From Bugula neritina (taxonomy: Eukaryota; Animalia; Bryozoa): DNA of 64,000 nucleotides. Where the stretch lies: positions 7,596,741 to 7,660,740 of the forward strand of contig OZ037768.1 in the NCBI GenBank assembly GCA_964035545.1, in the 5' to 3' direction. A model generated the notes under the pieces. It saw only the letters and a list, made by a program, of their open reading frames with translations. It was not told the origin of the DNA and ran no database searches. Shown in pieces: positions 39,101-49,841 of this stretch. A program made the translations under genes and the position numbers. The stretch's first letter is position 1; each line of letters starts with the position of its first letter.

Positions 39101-42100
39101 TGAGTGTCATCACACACACACAACTTACACAGTTGCTCAATGTTTGTGTTCAGGTGACCACGTCTATTATTATCCTACTATTGCTGCTTCTTTAAACATA
39201 GTCTTTGTTTTGATGAAGCAAAAAAAAGTTACTTGGCTCCAATAACATTCTTTATTGCTATTAGTAAGGTCTTTCGTATTTATTTAATACTGCTGAACAG
39301 CTAACTGCTCCTTTGAACAAAGTAACAAAATGAACTAATTTTAATGCGAGTTGAAACACTGTGATTTGAAGCTTAACGTAACCAGATCTTAGCTAAATAC
39401 ACACACAGCAAGTATGATTAATAGTAAGTTTTTGATGTATCAGTTAAGTGTTGCATAGGCACAGCATTCTGATTTGTAATATGTAAATTCTGTTGACTTT
39501 ATGAGCCAACGGTTGCCATGGCAATGCTGTGATTGGCAAACGCCCAAGCTTGCAGTTCAGCTTCTATCTTCAATTCGCAGTGCTGAGAGTGGAGTAGTTG
39601 GTAGACTTTTAGTTCTGCTGCAGCATCTGGCCGTACAGAGACTCTTTTTTGCTGAGTTAGTAATCTTCGAAGGATCTGTGGTACATTTTATTGCTAATCC
39701 TTCTTTTTGACGACAATAAGAATAACTTAAATTATAATAAATCACTGGGATTTAATTGTTAAGCAAGACTTGATCAGCCTATGTAGACTGGTAAGCGAGG
39801 AGCTATCAGCTTTGCTAGTCATTACTATCCATAACTGGGAGAGGAGAGGGTGCTCGTCTGACTGTCTCTCCGCTAGACATTACTGTTAATGTACGTATCG
39901 GTAGAGTTATGCTAGCCATTAGCACATAAGATGACTTTGGCTAGTTCTCAGCAGCACTACAGCAAACAACCGCCACCACCCATCGTTATACCCAACTTAC
40001 AACTTTCACCCACCTCTATTTCACACTCTTTTTTTGAGGAGTGCTCACTTTCTGAAGGTTTGAATCTTCTAAGTATTTACCTCTATTTGACTATTAAGTT
40101 GTATATTGCTTAATATGAGTATTTTCTTGAGTTTATTAATTTCAATCACCCAGATATAGAGGGAGATTTTGGTAGAATTTTTTGTTAACTTTTTATTTCA
40201 TTCATAAAAGTATACATCTGTTTTGTTAGCCATAAAAATTAGTATCAAGTCATGCATATTTCAGCTCTTGGGATTTACTGCTTGGTTACCAGAAATCTAT
40301 GGGACACGTTAGTTTACTTTGTATAACACTTCAGCATTAGTATGCAAGTATATGTAGCGCAGTACTTTAAAATAAAACATTTTTGCTACATATTTTTGCT
40401 TTTTCCATGTTAATACAGATGAGTTTTTAATATCGTTTGGTTAAAGTTACGTAACAACTGAAGGCTGTATTCATGCCAATCAACAGAAATTATCATTTCA
40501 ACAAACTTCAGCTGTATGGGATAATTTATGGTGTTACATCTAACACGTTTCATTGTGGAACTTAAGAGCTGATCTGAACACAATGAGGTTTATCAAGGAG
40601 ATAAGCTGCATTGATTAAATGAGATAAGAGTATTTATTAGAAGACTAAAGTTCTGTAATTACTGGGGGGCAGCTTCACGTCCCCTTAAGGGTGCACAGGC
40701 CTAGCCGTACAGCTACTCCTTCAACAGACACATCTTTTACTATTTGAAGCTTATCTCAGTAAAAGCTATTAATTTTTACTGTAATAAATGTATTATAGAA
40801 ATTATGTGTCTGCAGAGTGCAGAAGATAGGATTGTTCATATCATTCCAACTGCAACAAAAATTACACAATGATTCTAGCAGTTGAATTGATTTTTAAAGA
40901 AATACTTTAAATTAATATTGATTTTGTAATGTCAATTATTATGTGTGTTTGCAGAGAGTGGGGCCAGTGGTGGAGGGCAGCTATTACCCCTTACTCCTCA
41001 CTCGGACCAGAAAATGTTAGATTCCTTTATCCACATTATGAGATCCAGCAGAAATTCATTCATCAACTTCACTAAACAATATGGCATTCCACAGGGTGGG
41101 TACAACCAACACGTCTTATTCTGGGCGAGCTTTCCTTATCAGAGAAGCATTAACTTTACTACCTGTTATTGCGTAGTTATCAATAATTATATTCAAAATG
41201 GAGTTATTTTTTATTAATCTTATATTTGGTGATAATATAAAGTCTGGCAAAGGTTAAATCAGTTGGGATATACTTGAAGTAAAACTGAAGCTGCTACAAC
41301 TACATTCCTGTATGACTTTTCTAAAATGCTATGATTATTGTTTTCATGTTTCTCATTACTTGACCTAATTTTATTTTCAAAGCGTTCAAGTTTGACAGCA
41401 GACAGCAAATGTATATCATCTAGATTAATTTTTATTCCAATTATATCATTTCTTAATGAAGTCTATTGAGATGCTATCATTTTTTTAGTAGTTCAAAGTT
41501 TGTTTCTATCATTTGTTTGTTCATTTTTGAATGCAAATAAGGCATAGATATCATGCATATCATATAGCCTAAAATTTTTAAATCAAAATGTAAACTCGTA
41601 AAAATTCATACTAGTCTAATTCTGGTCTTTAAGTGACTTGTATACAAATGTGTGAGTCATTCATGACTTTTCATATTATATATATCCTGGTAGATCCCGA
41701 GCATTGGTCTCCAAATCATGTTAGAGCATGGTTAGACTGGGTTCTCAAAGAATTCAACATGGAGGGCCAAGTAACTATTGATACATATGCACAATACTCA
41801 GGACAAAGTCTAGTAAAAATGGGAAAAAAGAGTTTCTGTGATCTTTCTCCGCCCAACTATGCATGTGACATAATTTGGGAACATTTAATGATGCTCAGGC
41901 AAGGTATGAAGTTATTCTGTTATTTTGATTAGAAATTTTCTTTCTTGCACTACATTTCCAAACAATTATGCAATAGATTTTTCATCCAATGTTTGGGACC
42001 TGGTCAATGGAATGAAACCACAACCATATAATTATAACTACAAGAACCCAACAGGTTTTTTAATTTTTAATGCTTGTAAACTAATTAGTCCTTGTAGTTA

Positions 42101-45100
42101 AAAATTAAAAATTCGAAAGACAAAATTACAACGCTGCGAGTTTATAGCTATTGGAGAGTAGGCAACTCCAGGGTTGTACTCTCACGTCACTGCTGAGTAA
42201 CATTATTAGTTAACAGTAAGTTTAATGTTCCAGTAGAGCTATCATATAATAAATGAGGCATTTTTTGCGAGTCACTCAGAATTGGTGCTTTTTAGGTGCA
42301 GTGTAATCCACCCTTGCCATTCTTCCTCGTCAGATAATCTAGTTGCATTAATAACAAATATCTACGTCTTTCAAGCCTTTCATATTAAATAAATTTAATA
42401 GTATAATAAATCCTACTTACTAAATAGACTGTCAATGTATCAATATTCAATCGGTGTTGGCATCATTTGAGCCATTCAGCTGATATATGAGAATACATAG
42501 CCAAATAAAGAATATGCAAGATCTCTATCTAAGTCTTATATAATCCATTTGATCTCCTTGCGTGTGAATATAAATTCCACGACATTTTTCCCTCCCAGAA
42601 AAGGAGTATGTAGGGCATTTTGACATCTCTAATGGCATATTAAATTGATTTTAATGACTGAATTTTATAGAATATAATTTGATGACCAGCCTGCAATACA
42701 TTTGTGTAGATCTCTAGAATTTCCTTAATTTTTACGTTAAAAATGGTTAGCAAGCTTATAGGGAAAGAGAACATTAATTGTAGCAATGTATTATATACCA
42801 GTTATACTGATACTAGTGATAATGCATATACCAAAGCAGTTGAAAGTGTATATTACACAGTTGAAAGTGTATATTACACAGTTGAAAGTGTATATTATAC
42901 AGTGGAAAGTGTATATTCTACAGTGGAAAGTGTCTATTATACAATGGAAAATGTATATTATACAGTGGAAAGTGTATATTATACAGTGAAAAATGTATAT
43001 TATACAGTTGAAAGTGTATATTATACAGTTGAAAGTGTATATTATACAGTGAAAAGTGTATATTATACAGTGGAAAGTGTATATTATACAGCTGAAAGTG
43101 CACATACAGTTGAACATGTATATACAGTTGAAAGTGTATATACTGGCACGCCACCACAAATAATACAAAGATTGTATTTAAAGCTGGCAATCAAGCTTAG
43201 TCAACTGTGCTAACTTAATACTTAAACTTTCTCATCTCAAGTAAAAAGACATTAAGAAATTTGTGAAGTGGTGGCGTGCTGTGAGAGTGATTTAATGCGT
43301 GCAGCTGTTGCTATCTGTTGTAGAGGTAGAAGCTCATAAAATAGCAGCAATTACCCTGCAGAAGTCCTACAGTGATATTAGCACCGCCAGTTCCATGAGT
43401 CCAACTGGAGTGTATGATGAGGAGAAACCTAGATGTGAGTTTCCACCCATGTCTTGTAATCATTCTGTATCTAGTAGCTTCAAGTAGGATACTACATTAA
43501 TTCTTAATTAACATGTTGAGGTGAAAGTAGGGGAAGGGTGAAACTGTAGTTTTGTGATGGAGACTGGTTTGGTTTGCTGAGTGGAGTGATGGTAATATGC
43601 CTCTGTGAAAGTTTCCATGTAGCTAGGAAATGAACACATCATTCAATTATTTAAACTTGCAAAATCCTAGAAGCTTGGCAGCTCCAGATGCATAACACTG
43701 CTGTCGCTAAAAATGTAAAGTCGCTTTAGACTTGTAACTTAATTACTTCGGAGAAACCCGAATATGGGGCAGTTTAGTGTAGAGTAGAGTTGTGTAACTA
43801 GTTGCAATGCAGTATATTGTAGTGTAATGTAGAATAGTGTAGTGTAGAGTTGTGCAATGTAGTGCAATGCGGTATATCGTAGTATAGAGTGGAGTATTGT
43901 ATTGTAGTGTAGAGTATTGTATTGTAGTGCTATATAGTGCACCATGGTATTTCATGCAAAACAGTCACATATTTTCACATTCATTTTTTAAATTGCGGAG
44001 TCGATGTAACTGATAACTTACTATATATTTTAATGTTGGCTATGCACTACTCCCTGTACAGCCTACGCATTTACCAAGTAACAGTTCAATATAAAATTAC
44101 CGAACTTATCTGTTTGAGAATGCAAATTAGCATTAAACTGTCAGAAAACTCTGCAGATTTTGCATAAATTCATTTGTTACATCTCTAACTGAGATGTTAG
44201 TATCACCAACTACCAAGGTAGATGATTCCTTGTGTTTATACTTATTTTGATGTTCCCTTACAACAATATTGTGACGTGCAAGACAATAGAAATAGGGAGT
44301 AGGGTGTCTTACCAGTGATAACATTGATGGGTCTCTAATATAGTAGCTAATAGGCATTATTTTTACTGCATTAGGTTTGAATGGGTAATTATTCATGAAG
44401 TCAAATTATATAGTACGTTCTATGCCATATGTCATACAGTTTAGCCTTTCTTGTTTAAAAAAGCGTATTCGGTTTTTAAAATGTTCTTTACAGGTTATTA
44501 ATAAGCTATACAGTTAGAAGTTGTTCAATGATTCATTGTGTTATATAATAGAGACTTCATAAAAATATCATTAAATAGTACATTGTTTAATGGAGCAGTG
44601 TGTACTATGCATTCATTTCAAAACTGTTTCTCTAAGCATTATAATTTTTGTTATCTGGAATAGATCACCTATTTTATACTTCATGGTATTATATTATCTA
44701 ACATGTTCATAATTATTCCACTAGAACATTTGTTACATCAGTTTAGTGCCATTATTAAAGCTGTTGTGAATAGGTTACCGCTCCATTAGTCAAATTGGTA
44801 GTCATTAGCATGTGATATTGCATCACATTTTCAATATTGTAGCAAAGTTTCTTTCAGCTTTAAAGTTTAAAATGTTGTTCTTTGACTAATCTAGTACAGG
44901 CTACATGCTATACACACAAATGAAGATGTTACACATCCATTTAACATAACATAATGAATAAATAATTAGCAATAAATAATTATTCTAGCATTACAGTTGC
45001 CTATTTATTTAAATCATATTAAAGTAAAACCCACTCAATCAACATAGAATATCATTAAAAGTGGCAGAATATGTGTTACCATCCATCAACTGGTCAAGAT

Positions 45101-48100
45101 CTTGCAATTAGTTTCGTGTTGATAAACCATGTGTCACGTAGCCTGCATACTGCAGAAACTAATGTGTGCTCCTATTATCATCAACTAACGTGTTAACGGT
45201 TTGTGAAGCAGATAAAGAACCGCGCAACTTTATAGTCAGTATTCCTGTGAGAAACCCCTGATGGAAAAAGTTATTTTGTTAAATCGGGCTAAGAACTTAT
45301 TCAGATGGGGCACAGGAGCAATTATGACTGGATGCTCTTCCTAACATCACCAATAGCCTTTGTCCGGGCTCAAACCCATAACTCCGTGCTTACAAAGCAA
45401 ACGCTCTAACCCCTAGATCACCGCTGCTCCCTAGGTTTGTAAAGCTGATAAATTTTCTATATTGTAGCATCATTTAGTAAATCAATAATCAATATTTGTT
45501 GCAGTATACTCGCCACATGAGTCTCAGGGAAACATGCAGTCAGTGTTGTTACAGCAGCAGCCCGCTGTTACTCCTACACATCATCATTCTCCGACAGCAG
45601 GTTCTATACGGCATCAGAATCCAGTGCGAAGAGCATACTCTGTAGATGGTAGGTATTTGTAAGCTATTTATTTGACATTTATTTGTTTATATAAACTGTA
45701 AGGAAAATACTAAAGAAAATGACTGTAACAATGCTATCTGACATGTGCATCAGGTGCTTCAAGGTAGGCTATATGGGAATAACAGTTATCTATTTTTTAA
45801 TCAAATTTAAGTAATGGTTTTAATTAAACTTACCAAGTTACTTTTGGTTTGTAGCTATAATACAGTGTTTTTTGTATAATCTAATAGAAACTGCATATTC
45901 ACAAAATTACAATATATTATAATATTATAAGCATATGAAAATTTAAATTAGTGTACAAATAATTTCTTCAACAAAAGATATATACCAATCAACTAAAATA
46001 TTTTTAAACTATAGTAGTTTAAGATTTCTTATGCCATAGACCATGTTCTATTAGCTGTCAGTGAGGGTATCAGCTGATAGTCCATGACAAAAGTCACTCT
46101 GCATTTACTAGAACCATACTCCAAGTTACTCACTCCATTTCCTTAAAAAGAGGTTAATAAATCACTGCTTTATGCGCAATAGTTTGTGGATATCATCTTT
46201 ATCTTAGCATCTCTATTATACAAAGTTCTACTTATATTATTTTATTGTCTGTTTAATCCTTGCCTCCTTTGCATTGCAGCCTATTCATGTTCTCGGCCAG
46301 TAGATAAAGTTGCTTCTACACATACTCAAATGATGGGATTATCTAATGGGCATGCTCCTCTACGGCACACAGCCTCATACGATGAGTCATACATGACATC
46401 ACCACCATTGCTTTCTGCACATGTCAGTCCCACTCCACCTATGATGGCGCCATGTTACGACAATTCAGAATATTACAGACATTGTCACGAACAGAAATAC
46501 AAGCCTCCTCAACAGCCAGCTGACTTAAGTAAGGGACATTTGATCTTCGTTTATTTGTCTCCGGAAGCAAAAGCAAAAACTGAATATTGTTCTGACCATT
46601 TATCACCAGAATTAAGTATATGCAACTGTTTTTATAGTCCATTGAGAAATGTCAAACGGGTTGCTGCTATTTCTAGGGCCGTGCAGTAACCTACAAATAT
46701 TAACAGTATCAAATGGTTTGTGAATTGACAAAGGCATCCTTGTATGCTTTTTTATACAATATTATAAATATTGCAAGGACCAACACAAACATGAACCTTA
46801 GACTTTTAACCTGTGTCATGTTAACTTTCCAACATTCCACTAATATCTGCTGAGAAGAGAGCGGGAATGTTCATGTATGAAGGAATATTTCTGAAGAGTT
46901 ACCTCTGTTGATATAACATGCAGCAAGTTCAGTATTCCTGAATCTTTTGGTGTCTTCTGTCAGCCAATACTTTTATATGATTAGAAAACTGACATTGTGT
47001 GTCAGGGAATAAGTTTTATGAAAACAAAAATGTGCTATACATGCATTAAGTAAATTTTAATAAAACTTCAACAATAACTTTTTTACATAATATACTTTGT
47101 TGTTCAACAAATATTGATTAAAATCAGTAAATCTCAAGCTTTCTAATATTTCAAGTAGCACTTTAACTTTAATGTAGGGTTAGAGACTGTATAGGGCTAT
47201 AGGGTCAAATTAAAATAAGTAAATAGTATTAGTCCTGCATATGTTTCATGTGTTATGTTCTACGGCAAATTATATTTCCTAGCAAACTGACAAATAAGCC
47301 AGAAAGCTATGCAATTCTATGGTTGTATAACTTGTTTTATAAATTTTATTTTAGTGACTAAGCACCCCAGTATGATGAGACCAGTCTATCATGAAGAAAA
47401 GTTTTTCCCACCAATGAACTGTCAACAGCCCATGCCAGATTGCCAATGGATGCAGATGAGAGATGGATGGTCAATGGGTACAGCATGGCCCCCTGCGCCA
47501 CATCGCGTTGGCTCACCCTTAGATAGCAAACCAAATATTCATAATTCACCATTGCCGGGATATTCCAGTAAGTTTGTAACACTTTGCTATCTGTACAATA
47601 GTACCAGCCGTATTTTGTCATTCTACCTCAAAATCTAAAACAATCACCTTAGCAAGTCTCTCTCCCGTCTGTCCTCAACTGTGATCCGTTAGATGTCCCT
47701 ACCACAATGCAACCATCAAGCTGCTTAAGCTTGTCATCTGCCAAATCAGATAATGTGAAAATATTCATCATTCACGTCTGACAACAATAATCAAAGCTCT
47801 AGAATAATTATTCTATTGCCTTTTTTGATTAATAATCATTTTAAATGTTCAAAAATACAATTTGAATAAATGTTTTAAATTAATTTTAATTATTGATTTA
47901 CTGAATAGACTGACTTTTAGCTGCAGATATTATTTGCTACTTTGGTAACCAGGGCTCTTCTTGTTTTAGCTTCAGGACCAATACAACTATGGCAGTTTTT
48001 ACTAGAGTTATTGACTGATAAAACCTGTCAAGGTTTCATATGTTGGACTGGTACCGAATGGGAATTTAAACTAACAGATCCGGATGAAGTAGCCAGGCGT

Positions 48101-48313
48101 TGGGGTATTCGGAAAAACAAACCCAAGATGAATTATGAAAAGTTGAGTCGAGGCTTAAGATATTATTACGATAAAAATATTATACATAAGACGGCTGGTA
48201 AACGATATGTATATAGATTTGTGTGCGACTTGAAGAACATGTTGGGATATAGTCCCGAAGAGTTTTTTAAAGCCTGTGATCTCACCCCTCAAGCGGACAA
48301 AGATGACGAATGA
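33189..48313 (+). CDS. ETS1: ETS1/ETS2 (pointed-like) transcription factor with PNT/SAM and ETS domains, 9 coding exons, 585 aa
   Basis: Exons 33189-33398, 34370-34505, 40955-41095, 41694-41903, 43324-43434, 45505-45648, 46280-46528, 47355-47567, 47970-48313, phase-consistent, total 1758 nt. It has the MAPK site LPLTP, the PNT domain [25 protein letters not shown]...CDIIWEHL, and the ETS domain [17 protein letters not shown]...[52 protein letters not shown]. The two N-terminal exons are less certain. Confidence 0.93.
39512..39536. promoter_or_regulatory. Near-perfect RFX X-box plus inverted CCAAT box (candidate internal Ets promoter)
   Basis: GTTGCCATGGCAAT (39512-39525) is one mismatch from the palindrome GTTGCCATGGCAAC. 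ATTGG lies at 39532-39536, about 400 bp upstream of ATG 39931. Confidence 0.6.
39931..40057 (+). CDS. Candidate alternative first coding exon of the Ets gene
   Basis: AAGATG start, then [42 protein letters not shown] and GAA G|GTTTGA. The exon is 127 nt, phase 1, matching the acceptor at 40955. It is GC-richer than flanking intron. Confidence 0.6.
42836..43143. repeat. 21-bp minisatellite (consensus CAGTTGAAAGTGTATATTATA), about 14 copies, in an Ets intron
   Basis: Direct tandem units; it accounts for the periodic ORFs TVESVYY / CIIYTFH on both strands. Confidence 0.92.
43771..43940. repeat. Degenerate pentanucleotide microsatellite (GTAGT/GTATT/GTAAT)n
   Basis: Runs such as tgtagtgtaatgtagaatagtgtagtgtag and gtattgtattgtagtgtagagtattgtattgtagt. 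Confidence 0.8.
45217..45433 (-). mobile_element. tRNA-derived SINE, copy with a 19-bp target-site duplication
   Basis: Minus strand GGGAGCAGCGGTGATCTAGGGGTTAGAGCG...GGGTTTGAGCCC...GGTGATGTTAGGAAGAGCATCCAGTC. It aligns by eye with 57540-57762. Flanks are ggtttgtgaagcagataaa (45198-45216) and ggtttgtaaagctgataaa (45434-45452). Confidence 0.85.
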
Positions 48314-49841
48314 AACGGAAAGATCACAGCAGTTTCCGTGTCAGCAAAAAGTATTATTACTTGATAACAAGATGGTGTTGGTTTAGGTAGAGGATCAATC
48401 TCATTGTGACTCATCTTCACTCATTACTGTGATCAGCGTCAAAGATTAGACTAAGATGTGTGTATTACAAACAGAGACGTCTTAGTAATGATAATCTTAG
48501 GATAATGGGTATAATTAGTTGATCACTTCCTTCTAACGCATCAAATCTAATTCCATTAACGGACTCTCTAAATTTGCCAAGAAAGTAAAGTGGGTCTGGA
48601 CAATACATTCTATGGTTTATAATACTTACAAATACCTTTTTTAGTCAACAACAATATTAATAATTATGCTATTGCACAATCTGTTGTTTTCACTGTTAAC
48701 GGTTTAGAGATAGGATTCGGCCAAGACGAAAGTTTGCCAAAAATGCTATCTAAATGCTGATAGTGAGTTGGTATAACTGCTGAGGTACGAGTTAATGATC
48801 ATTGAGTCATGACCTCATCGTTTCTGCCAACAGCTCGTAATTTATGAGAATAATCCCTCTCTATTCTTTACAGTAGTCAATCTTCCATTCAGCTGACAAT
48901 GGCCTGACTAATTAGCCATGCTGTCCTTGGAAGTAAGCTTTTATCTGTACTAGTAGATGTTCATGATGCATGCACTGTTACAGAACTCAAACCTAATTAG
49001 AATTTGCAATCACTTGTTGCATCATGCAACATAAACAGTGTCATTAAGTTATTAAGTTATTTCTCTATATTTATAATGAGCTGTTACAGTTTTCAGTTTT
49101 ATTTATATGGCTAAAAAGCTTTCATTTGGTGTTGTGTTGTAGTGTTTTAATTGCCTAATCTACTAGTACAAATAATTTCTTTGGTGCTGAGAACAAATCT
49201 TTTATTTTTCTTACATATAATATAAAAATATAATATAATGTTATGTAGTAATACAATATATAATGTGAATTTATGTGCATTGTATGCATGCATGGACTCC
49301 TGCTATATTTTGTAACTTTTTTGGTACACCAAGCTTACCTAACTTAGGGAATTTCTCTCATTCAGTACTAGGGTCTGTACCCATAACATTGTTATTGAAA
49401 GTCATTATCAATCAATTTTATGCGTGTATATTTAATGTTGTGTACCATGATCTCACAAAGCACTTTCTACGTCAACATAAGCACTGTACATAAAATTGTT
49501 TTACGTATCTAATTTTTTAAATGCCAATTGGTTTGATTGCGCAATGTTGTAAATAGTAATTGATACACTCATGTATGTACATGTAACATTTTTTGAGAAA
49601 GCTATTAACATAACATAGAAAATATATAAATTTCCTAATAAAATATTTATATAAAGTTAAGAAAATCGTTCTCATTTGACATGCAAGCCTAAAGAATGAA
49701 AAATATTAATCAACTCAAATATGCGACGCATTGCCAAAATAATGAATATATTATACTTATCCTTTGAATTTTAGAGATACTTGCAATAATTAATGCAGAT
49801 AAAAGCTAATTCTTTGATTCTACCACTAAGCCAATGAATAA

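Noticed and set aside
43739-43955. Tyr/Thr/Leu-rich minus-strand ORFs
   Set aside because: They are translations of a degenerate pentanucleotide microsatellite.
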